Below are positions 11,733 to 22,733 of a stretch of DNA of 64,000 bases, in pieces; position 1 is the first letter of the stretch; the number at the start of each line of letters is the position of its first letter. The translations under genes and the position numbers were made by a program. The notes below the pieces were generated by a model. The model had not been told where the DNA came from and did no database searches. It worked only from the letters and a program-made list of their open reading frames with translations. The DNA comes from Ramazzottius varieornatus (Eukaryota; Animalia; Tardigrada), in the NCBI GenBank assembly GCA_001949185.1, contig BDGG01000009.1:547624-611623 (forward strand). Reading direction: 5' to 3'.

Positions 11733-12818
11733 TCAGGTGGGAACGGTGGGCTTGCGGCGGTTATCGGTACCGACTGAATGCGTTCCGCCTATTCGATTGG
11801 CCCTTCCGCACAATTTGCTGGACAACGCATGTTTTATATCGTTGTTGGCCGCATTGAACAGGAAGGGGTTGACCGCGGACAAGGCATACGTCATCCACAC
11901 GGCGGCATCGTCGAATGCAGCAGGATCTTCTTTGCCCATCAAGATCTTTCTCACACTATAGACATACCAGGGCAAGAAGAAGATAATCATAGCAGCCAGA
12001 AGTAAGGTGAGGACCAGGAAAGCTTGCCGCTCTTTGCGACTTCGTCGACTGTGTCCACTTCCGGCTGGAGCATCATTGCCTGGAAGCGGTCTGTCCTGAA
12101 CCTTCGCGTGAAAAAGCTTCGAGACTGTAACGCAGTAGCAAAACACGGCGATGGCAGAAGGTAGCCAGCCGTTGGTGACGACCGAAGTATACAAGGAAGA
12201 AGCCCAGTTGGGAAGACCTTCTCTGTCCCATTGGCATTCGGCCGACTGGTTGCTGAAGTAGTATCTGCTGTAAATGAAACCCGGAAGTGTTGAAGCATTA
12301 ACGACAAGCCAACTAGCGGCAATCGCGAGAAAACAGGCTCGTTTTGAGTGATAGTGACGATAAAAAATGGGGAATGTGACGGCTAGCATACGATTGATGG
12401 AGACAACAACGAGGCCCCATAAACTTGTGGCACTTGCGGTGTAGTCAAAATACATGAAAAAGGAGCATTGCCAGCTGCTCAGAAGCCAAGTCTCCTGATA
12501 ATAGTAGATGGTATAATAAGGCAAGGGGATTATTCCGACAATAAAGTCCCAGATGGCGATGTTGAGAAGATAATAGTTGAACACGGAAGTTCGGACATGA
12601 CGGTCGACGCAGAAGGAAAGAATAATGAGGAAGTTGGAAAGGATGGTCAGTGCGGTCAAAGTCACAAGTGGAGCGAGGTACCAATCAGGTTTGATTGGAT
12701 GGGAGCTTGATGCGGAAGTGGAGTTACGGGCTTCAAAGAACCGGGAGTTATTTAGGTTCGACAGCGAAGCATTTACCAAGTTGGTCAGAGCCGACACGAG
12801 AAATATGTTAGGAATCAT
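11733..12818 (-). CDS. Intronless class A (rhodopsin-like) GPCR, aminergic/histamine H3-like
   Basis: 361-aa ORF with 7 hydrophobic segments, N-glycosylated N-terminus, TM1 SN, TM2 NIAIWD, TM3 C..FDY, TM6 FFLPW, TM7 NPFLF. Confidence 0.9.
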   Translation of the reverse strand: MIPNIFLVSALTNLVNASLSNLNNSRFFEARNSTSASSSHPIKPDWYLAPLVTLTALTILSNFLIILSFCVDRHVRTSVFNYYLLNIAIWDFIVGIIPLPYYTIYYYQETWLLSSWQCSFFMYFDYTASATSLWGLVVVSINRMLAVTFPIFYRHYHSKRACFLAIAASWLVVNASTLPGFIYSRYYFSNQSAECQWDREGLPNWASSLYTSVVTNGWLPSAIAVFCYCVTVSKLFHAKVQDRPLPGNDAPAGSGHSRRSRKERQAFLVLTLLLAAMIIFFLPWYVYSVRKILMGKEDPAAFDDAAVWMTYALSAVNPFLFNAANNDIKHALSSKLCGRANRIGGTHSVGTDNRRKPTVPT

Positions 12819-13585
12819 CGGACACTCACTGAAGACCTTCCTTCAGGTGAGGAACCTGCAGATCCAAAATGCGCACTGCCAATAAGAGAAGAAGATGGAG
12901 AAAAGACCTCGAGCTTTTTCGTCCGCGAAGGATACTGATAAAAAACCATCGAGCTCGACGATGGTGCAAAAAGTAACGGAATCGGATGAGCGAGATTGGA
13001 AGTACGAATCTTCAACCGTGATATGGGCTGATCGAATTACTCACGGGGTTCCTTGTACGCGTGTACGTTGTCTTGTCCGTATAAATTATCTTGCGCGGCA
13101 TATCGATCTCCAGTGTACGTGTATTCGATCTTGTACCCAGATCATGCATTAAATTAACAAAAAAGTCACTTGGTAATGCAGTGTTAATTAACTTAGGTGT
13201 TGATACCGTAATTCAGCTGTTAGTACATATACGAGACATCGGCTCGTGCCAAGACCTCACGCCAGACCTTTACGGCCTACTTCGAAATCCGCAGCTGAAC
13301 GACGGTGCCCTTCCCCTATTCCTATGGCTCTTCACTAACGCAATTAAAGCACCCTTTGGGAGTAACGAACGATGTAACTGACACCAGCGGAATCAGCAAG
13401 TTGACGAGGCTTGTCGTCTGTCGAAACAGATAAATGAAAAGCTGGCTCAGCAATTCTGTTGAATCTATCCAAACAGAAGATTCGACTATCCCGCGTGAAC
13501 TATTGTTTGTAATAAAACATTGTAGTTATAAGTGTCAGTCTTGGCAACGAGCACGTTATTTTGAAGCCCAGGTATCTTTCAGAAA

Positions 13586-15279
13586 ATGTCGAGTAAACTC
13601 ACTTGGGTGGCAAAACCTTCGACTGACGTGGCGAAGGCGATTCAGCTTGCTGAGAAGTCTTCGGGAAGTATCTTGATCGCGAAGACCTTAGGACCACTAT
13701 CTTTCGTGTTGCTGGAGGAAGATTCGTATGAGACTCATAAGGTATAATTATTGTGGTTCTTGATTTGTTGGAGGATTTTAGAACTAAAGGTTTCATGCTT
13801 ATTTTTGTGTTCAATACGTCAGGTAAACCTCGGCGAACTCCACTCCTGCGAGTGTTCCACCTTCCAGAAAACCGAAGAGCCATGTGTCCATATCTGCTGG
13901 CTACTGCTGCGGAAGTTCAAAGTTCAGCCCCAAGACGAAAGTGAGATTTCGAGAGCTTTCAGATTTTGTAACAAAGGACTTCACATCCTGTCGTTCTAGT
14001 TATGTATCAAAAAGGACTGAACGAAAATTACCTCCTTTCTCTCTTCAACATGGAACGCTACCACGAACTCAAGAAAGCCGAGAAAGCTAAAATACGGCAA
14101 GCTCGAGGACGAACTACCATTCACCGAAGACTGACCAGGGATGACGAATGTCCAATCTGTTTCGAAAGGTTTTTCCAGTCCGTCAAAGGCATCACCCAGT
14201 GCATGTAAGGTATGAACTACTACAGCATGTGAGATGCCGGTAAACGACACGTGCAAGATCGTTTTCGCACGTGACGCACCTATTCTGTGTTATTGTCTGG
14301 AAGCGTGCGCCACTAGGATAACGCCTATGCCGAGTGTGATTGTTTTTCCAGGTGGCGCACATTTGCAGTGTTATTGGCTGGAAGCGTGCGCCACCTGGAA
14401 AAGCGACCTTGTCGTTTGTCTATCGAGCTCTAGTATGCCAAAAGCGAGATATTTCTTCACTGTAAAATATTTCGTTCTTTCAGTACTTGCAAGCACCATG
14501 TCCATATTCAATGTCGTAACCTATGGAAGCGCAACGGCGACAGTGAGAACACCAACCGTTGTCCGTACTGCCGCGGTCTCTTCGGTTGCGGCAGTCCAGT
14601 TCCTGCCCACTGCATACCCTGGCGAAGAACCAAGAAGACCTCGACCCTCTCACCCACCGACCAGAACATCGTCCTCGTCCACGAACCAATCCTACCTTCC
14701 TTCAACGTGGAATTCGTCAAAGGTAGTTCTCTAAACTTACTGAAGACCCAACCGGTACAAAGTCCAGAGACCCTCCAGGAATGGTCTATCGGTTCCTCCC
14801 CTTCTTATCTGTACATTCCGTCAAGCGACTCACACTTGTGCTACACGGCCGATCGACCTTACGACTCGAAAGAACCTCCTGTACCTTTGCACCTTGCAGT
14901 GGCAGGCCGAGGTCTTCCGCAGTTCAACTCGACGCAACAACACACCGGGCCTTCCCTAGAGGACAAGCTTGAACAACGACAGAAGCTACGCTATCAGATA
15001 AGACAGGTGGCAAAACCTAATGTGCTAGCTCAGGCTATTTCAGCGATCAGGCATAGACAGCAGATGGGCCCTAAAGCGCAAGCTTCGGTTGAAGGACTGG
15101 AAAAGACTTTGAGTGGTATGGACCTGAATAAGAAAGCGACTTCAGGGAGGCAACCTTCGAAATCAACCTCGGGGTTCTCTGTCAGATGGAGCCAGCTGTT
15201 GAGAAGCGGGGCGTTGCCTGTTCGATCTAGCATCTCTGAAAAGTATTTTCAAGATATCAAAAGAGTTCCAAATTTCTAG
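13586..15279 (+). CDS. ZSWIM2-like SWIM + RING finger protein (exons ~13586-13741, 13823-13940, 13999-14204, 14484-15279)
   Basis: LGPLSFVL..VNLGELHSCECSTFQKTEEPCVHICWLLLRKFK (SWIM) and CPICFE..C..CKHHVHIQC..W..CPYCR (RING) assembled across GT-AG introns. Confidence 0.8.
14230..14431. repeat. Palindromic element dimer, ZSWIM2-like intron
   Basis: two cores, one with near-consensus spacer ATTTGCAGTGTTATTGGCTGGAAGC. Confidence 0.88.
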
Positions 15280-15369
15280 GGAGACTTTGGATTACCGCTC
15301 TGAAATAGTGATTTGAAAGCTTGAACAAAACAATGAAACCAAGTGCTCAAAATCTTACGAGTACTCGCT

Positions 15370-16421
<1,052 letters not shown>

Positions 16422-16600
16422 CTATCTGCTTGAAAGAAACCGAAGGGCAATGCGGTAATTAGAGAGTGTTTTATCGGGTGATAATCTGTGGTGATCGCAT
16501 TGAAAAATGGCCAAAGGAACAGATTTTCGACTTCAGACTTCGGATCTGTACAAAAATCTTTCCAGCAGGAAATAAAGGCATAGAAAATGGACTTCACGAT

Positions 16601-17286
16601 GGATTTACGCCAGTCTGTCCACTCTGATCTTCAAACAAATACGACAGAAAGATAGAGGAAACTTTGCTCTACACACTGACATGGACTGAATCGGCGGAAT
16701 AAAATCCTGGAAGACACCGCAGGAAACGGAAGTGTCGTCGGAATCCAGGGTGGATCATCAGTATGATAGTAAATCAACCGATTTGAGTGCCTACTGGTTG
16801 ATTTCATACTGATTGATCCCGCCCGTACTCCAGCTTGGTTGAGTGTGATCAGTGGCTTCAGCTGCTTGTCAGCCTCGCTCGGTTGATCGCCCAGTTGGAA
16901 GAACTGCTTGTAGTCGTCCTCCAGAAGCTTCAGAACATTCAACAGATTGACGGAATCCATAGCGGCCACGTGTAGAAACTACTCAGTAACGGAACAAAGA
17001 AGGTAAGAGCAAAGAAGGAACCGGTTCAAAGAAACGGGTTGCGCTCAGCTGAGCGGAGAGTGCAAGTGCAGGGGGTTCAATCAATATGAAACCAACCAGT
17101 AGGCAATCAATCGGTTGATTTACTATCACACTGATGGTCCGCCCTGGATTTCGACGTCACTTCCGTTTCCTGCGGCGTCTTCCAGGATATGATTCCGCCG
17201 ATTCGGTCCATGTCAGTGTGTAGAGCAAAGTTTCCTCTATCTTTCTGTCGTATTTGTTTGAAGATCAAACAGACTGGCGTAAATCC
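16601..17286. repeat. Long inverted repeat: arms 16601-16820 and 17073-17286 with 252-bp spacer
   Basis: The arms are reverse complements with scattered mismatches (roughly 90% identical by eye), e.g. GGATTTACGCCAGTCTG ... CAGACTGGCGTAAATCC. Confidence 0.9.
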
Positions 17287-17339
17287 CTTGTCAGTCTTAA
17301 ATTCGAATGTGCCAACTAAGGCGCAAATCTTCTATCAAT

Positions 17340-17952
17340 AGGCTATTTGCGATTCTAGTTTTAGCTTGTCATGCGAAATTAGAGCACTGGGCCGCAGTTC
17401 CAAAAGTACGCTTTGCTGTGCTGCGTACCTTTCATGTTTAGTGGCTAAGCACCTGTGCTGCAGATGCACGTTGACCTGGTGCAACTGCGCGGAACGCCGA
17501 AGTATTGACGTGGTTTGTAATTTAGTCAGCGAAATCGGTAGTCAACCTGGAGAACGTTGCCCTAAAGTACGGCAAAGCTGAGACGGCTGACGGTTCGAAT
17601 GCCCAAAAACTGTGATTTTTGTTAGGTTTCGGTAGGTGCATCTGCGCGGTATCTATGGCATTCTGCTGCATGCTGTGCTGTGCCGCAGAAATTTCGTCAG
17701 TTCACACGCTGTAGCTGTGCTGCGGCACAGTACAGCGCAGCGCATGCGGCCAGATTCCGTGCTCTATGCGAAATCTTGTTATGGCAAACCATGTCACGGA
17801 AAATGCCAGCTAGGCGGAGTCAACCAATTGCCTGATAGCCTGACATGCATGATGGTGGAAACCGGCGTGTGCAGCCAGTTCAACTTTGGCGTAACATGTT
17901 TTGCCATAACAAGATTTAGCGTGACAAGCTGAAGCTAAAATCGCAAATAGTC
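17340..17952. mobile_element. MITE with ~60-bp terminal inverted repeats, interrupted by a nested hAT-type element
   Basis: After removing 17380-17774, AGGCTATTTGCGATTCTAGTTTTAGCTTGTCATGCGAAATCTTGTTATGGCAAA matches the reverse complement of the right end. Confidence 0.8.
17380..17766. mobile_element. Non-autonomous hAT-type element (family A)
   Basis: TIR TAGAGCAC/GTGCTCTA, 8-bp TSD TGCGAAAT (17372-17379, 17767-17774), subterminal GCTGC/GCAGC repeats. Confidence 0.88.
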
Positions 17953-18224
17953 TGATCAAATAAAGTAGTAAAACGGATAGCAATCAACCTTGTCTGCAAA
18001 GCGAATCAGCTGATCATGTTTTCGCAATTTCCGTCAAACTAAGCTGTAGCTTTCGCAAACTCCTTATTCAATCCAAATTACTTCTGAATTAAAAATTCTG
18101 GAGTTTTGAATTTGGTCCTTTTGGATTTTGCAGACGTCAAGTCATCATTCATTAACATTGTTCTCGTTTGTGTCTCTGCACGGGGATCTGTACGCACAGA
18201 TCGGCGGGACAACTGTGGTTGAAG

Positions 18225-18557
18225 ATGGCCGGGGATGGGACTGACGATCTGGGAGGACCGGCCTACAACGAACTTGCAGCCATGCAGAACTTGGCTTCGG
18301 TGGACTACGGCAGAATCTTCACTGCTTTACTAGCAGGATCGACGGCAGGCATCCTTGGCCTGACGGGGCTCTATGGATTTTTATTCTTCTTCGTTTCAAA
18401 TGGACTCCTCGGGCTACTTGTGCTGCAGAAGTACAATGTCCAGTACAAGCCGTATTTCAAGAAGCTGCACATGATATTTACTCATGGGTTGTTTAACAGT
18501 TTGTTAACTTACATTCTTTTCTGGACATTCCTCTATGGCCTTGTCCATGTCTACTGA
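18225..18557 (+). CDS. EMC6: ER membrane protein complex subunit 6
   Basis: 110-aa ORF with AGILGLTGLYGF and terminal TYILFWTFLYGLVHVY*. Confidence 0.95.
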   Translation: MAGDGTDDLGGPAYNELAAMQNLASVDYGRIFTALLAGSTAGILGLTGLYGFLFFFVSNGLLGLLVLQKYNVQYKPYFKKLHMIFTHGLFNSLLTYILFWTFLYGLVHVY

Positions 18558-19061
18558 GTCTGGGATGAGGGTAACATCCTTTCAGTATTCTTGTTTGTAC
18601 CTGTAATCCTCTTCTGCTAACTCTTGACGTTTGACGTGTTTTTATAGCGAATTCACCGTGCGAAACTTGGCAGGAGGCAATTATCGTAAGTCGGGCATCT
18701 CTGTATTGCGCTTACTTACGTGGTGGCTGATCTACATTCGTTGCCCTTAACGTAAATAAACAGCGGTATCCATGTTTTCCTTGTCAGCATGAGCCTTCTC
18801 TTTGAGCACTACCAATGTTAGACAGGCAATCATTATTCTACGGAGCAAAAGAGATTCGGAAAATGTATCGTGCCCTCCCTCGGGAACAAAAGATAAGATG
18901 AAAAGCTCTACTAGAGTGGCACAAACTGCAGCGCACGAATATCCAAAACAAATACAAGGACGTAAACGATAAAAAATGGAAACAAAACAAGTTTAAGGCA
19001 ATAAAATTTCATTTGAACAACAAAAAAGAATGCTTATTGGGCTGTATCAAAAGATACTGTC

Positions 19062-22000
19062 TCATGGATCTTTTACATGAGCAGTGTTTCCGTTCATCAC
19101 GGAGGTAGTCCTCCAGTTGACCCGATACTCTCGGATACCCATCGACGCATGCCGGAAGGTCCATCCTTGCAGCTCCGCGATTTTCTTGAAAGACCCGAAC
19201 ATTTCATGAACCACCTCGTGGCATTGTTGCATGATATCCGCAGTTGCTTTGATATCTTCAGAGCCTTCTTTAAGGAATGACAGAATGTATTCGGCTTCGA
19301 AGACCCCCTTGAGGATATCTTCCTGATCCGCGCGCGAGGCCAGCATCACATGCAGCCGATCTGTAAGCAGAGTGTTTGGCAAACGAACTCGCTAAAATAT
19401 GAGTCTTCCCAAAAAGCGAACGCGTACAGCCAGTAACATGGAAAACATGCGCCACTTGGTAAAACAATTTTGTGGAGTTAGTTTGAAGAGCTCTGACATT
19501 AGATCAGTAAACAGAATACTGAGTCAAGGTAAGAGCTTACGGGAATGCTTGTCGAGGAACAACGCATAAGGTTCGTCTTCATACAGTAAGCATATGGCGC
19601 TGAGGTTCTCCGTCGACAGGACGTGCTTAGGCACAGGATCCCCGACCGATATTTGCCATTTGCGCGGGAAGGTCGCCAGTATCGGTTCTCTCATGTTCAC
19701 GTCACGCATCGAGGGAACATGTGTTTTTCCCGACTGCAGGAAGCCCCTGACTGCAATGTGGAAGCGAACTGGGTTGAAGGTCTGGAAGAAGAGCGAGCGA
19801 AGGCCGCAGTAGTTCGCCACCAGATGGAGCACCACTAGGCACACGAAGACCGACCAGCTCAACCTGCAATCAACATTCACTGCTCAGCATGCTCCTTCGT
19901 TGACTTGGAAAAGGGCGTAACTCCATGAGGATTCTTACCATGGAGAAAGTGTCAAGAAAGGCATCACGCATAACGAGACTATCAAGGCAGCGATCGCGGC
20001 AAGGGTTTCTTGGGAAGAGTTGTGAGCCGCGACGTCTCCTGTAATAAAAAACATGTGTTAGTGCGGGTCATGAACTGGTTATTCATGACAGAATATTACC
20101 GATGTTGTTGCGCTGGGCTTGATGTTGTAGAATTGCTGGCTTGATTCCGGCCACGGTGACACCGATCACAGCCTAAAAAACGAACTTGCAGGGTTAGTCA
20201 CAAAGAACTACTTCCGGGAAAATGAACCGATAAATGAAAATCTAACAGGAAGAACTTACTCTTAGGAGTGCAGAGAAGCAGACTACGTACAGGAAGTTGG
20301 TTCCCGCCAAGGGTGAAATCACTTCGAGGAAGATGGCCAAGTTGTTCAGTATATCAGCGCGTATTTTCCAGCGCTTCAGCTCGTAATCCAGATTCGTCCT
20401 GAAAACAGAACAGACATATTACGTTCGAGGTTCGCATTTTGTCATTAAACTATGCATTGTAAAAATGTAACGGAAAGCTATCTGGGAGTTGATAAGTCCA
20501 ACATAGTGATGTTCTAATATAGTAATATTATATTAAAGTAGATGATAGTAGATGTTTTGAGCATCTACTATATTTAGTAATATTTAGTAAACAGAATTTG
20601 GCACCGCATTCCAGTAGCTTGAAACCGGAAGTGCCATATTTTATTATTATTATTAAGTTGTCCATCATCCATAGTAAAATAAATTTTAATACGGGTTAAC
20701 GCTACCGCTGATTCGAAAAACTGGTTGATTTGCTGAGTTCTGATGCGCGTGCGTTGGCTTCTCGATGTGCGACCATGCCTTATAAAGTGCGCCACACCAT
20801 AATGATGCCTCTACAGCAGTACAGTAGGGCTACTGCAGAATAAATACCCTTGAACATCGTGCACCTGCATATAGTCTGACACTTCAATCGGCCATGTTAC
20901 AGTGTGCAGGTGCAGGGTGCAGGCTGTACTACAGTATTTTTGCTGATCTGATGGTTGTGATTCTGAATCTTTAGATCTTCGGTCGAGCTCTCCGATATTA
21001 AAATATATTTTAATAACAAACCCCCGAAAGTTCTACTATAGTAATATTTTATTAAATCAGGTAGACGTTTTACTATAGTGGTGGTCACTTATTAGAACTT
21101 TGATGGACGGCGGATATTTGTTTTTATTATATTAGATGTCATTAACCCATATTAGAACATCATTAGTCCAACATCAGGTTCGTACCCTTTCGCCCATGCG
21201 AAGATGATACGCCCAATCATCCCAATACCATCTATCGATCAAAACAGAAAATGGAAATCCGTTACCCATCGCAAAATGAAATGCAACCAGAAGTCGTGCA
21301 ACAGTACCTTTCAGGATCAGCGTCATGGTAGCCGCCAGTGCCGTTGTGGCAGTTGCACCCACGCCAAGACCTTGCATAATCGACTGCGTCGCAATAGTTC
21401 CCATTACCCCACTGCAAAAATCCTACAAGAAAGCTTAACGGTCAGGTTAGTGCTTCGTGAACGAGTAGCCTGGACCTCAGTCAACTTACTGCTACAGTGT
21501 TGAATATCTGGAATGTCCCATAGTCACTGGAGACGCTGGCGGGAAATCCTTCAGGAAGGAAGATGGCCTACAAGACAAATATACGACAAGGTACCCATCC
21601 AGACAAACTCGACAAGATGGTTTCCTGCAGTGGCACGTTCTGACCAACGATAACACTGAGAACATGCGTCACTTCCAAAAACTACTCAAGCTCGACAAGA
21701 TCGCTTTTCCAAGTGGTGGGCGCTTCTAGCCAATGTAATTCGAAGTACGCGCCACTTGAGGAAACGATCTTGTCGGACCTGTTGAAATTGCTTCCATGTA
21801 GTAAAAAATATCTCATAAGGATTATCATTAGGTAAAGTGCATACGTAGAAAAAATTCCGCAGTGCCAAGCTTCCTCGCTTTTCGTTCTTGATCGCCACAA
21901 TCTTGTCATCGGTCAGTGTGAAGACAGTCTTGTTCTTGGATGATTCCTCCCCGCAGATCTCCTCCGCGATGATTTTCCCCATCTCGATCTCGACTTCGGC

Positions 22001-22213
22001 AGATGGAGGCTCATTCAAAGCTTCGACGTCCTGGACGAGACAAGAAAGCTGTCAAATTAGAGTTTCAAACGAGGGAGCGAATGAGTTCCACAATCAGCTT
22101 GAAGACAAACACATAAGCAGACGCTGTGCATAATGCAATGAAGCACATGGAGCCTTGCGGCACACCGATCCATCCGCGATGGTAATTTCCACGCTTTCGA
22201 CTCCGTGTCCCAT
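19062..22213 (-). CDS. RUS1/RUSF1 (C16orf58, DUF647) family protein, copy 1
   Basis: Spliced: FLPEGFPASVSSDY, GLGVG, LKDGIGMIGRIIFAW, KRWKIRADILNN, HQAQRNNIGDV..SQET, HLVANY..L..FN..R, GW near C-terminus. Confidence 0.85.
19372..19494. repeat. Degenerate palindromic element monomer, RUS1 copy-1 intron
   Basis: arms plus TGCGCCACTT half core. Confidence 0.7.
20504..21165. mobile_element. Non-autonomous AT-rich hAT-type element (family B) in a RUS1 copy-1 intron
   Basis: TIR TAGTGATGTTCTAATAT / ATATTAGAACATCATTA, 8-bp TSD GTCCAACA (20496-20503, 21166-21173). Confidence 0.88.
21595..21795. repeat. Palindromic element dimer, RUS1 copy-1 intron
   Basis: AAACTCGACAAGAT arms, two cores. Confidence 0.85.
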
Positions 22214-22733
22214 TTTCACAAGACTCGAAACGGATATCGAGTACCTAGGGAAGGAAAAAAGAAAGATGTAGGTTGGACTACAAAGAAACAATGGACAAAA
22301 AACGGCTTACCACTCTCTGGGCTTACATACAGTGGTTCTGGTTTCTGTTAGCGAAAAAACAGTGACGCAATGGAATACGTAACGAGAATCACGGGGTGCG
22401 ACTTAAACCGGAAGTGAATCATTTCAAAGCAGGGTGCACGCGGGAACAGAAAGATCTTCTGTACGAAGAACGACGGTGCAAAGTCGCAATTGGAAACAAG
22501 TTATTATCGCGGTATGTGCTTCCTTGTTGTATCATTCAATCAAATGAAGTAAACTGCGAACAGGTGGACAATCAAACTGGCATTGACTGAAACACACGAT
22601 GACGAACCATTACAACAGAGAAGATTTGCCGAAACTACCGTACAAACCTGATGAGAATTAAGCTGAGTACTTAACAACCTATAACAAAATCAGCGCAAGG
22701 CAACGGCTGATCGTTCGCCTTCCCCTAGGTCGC

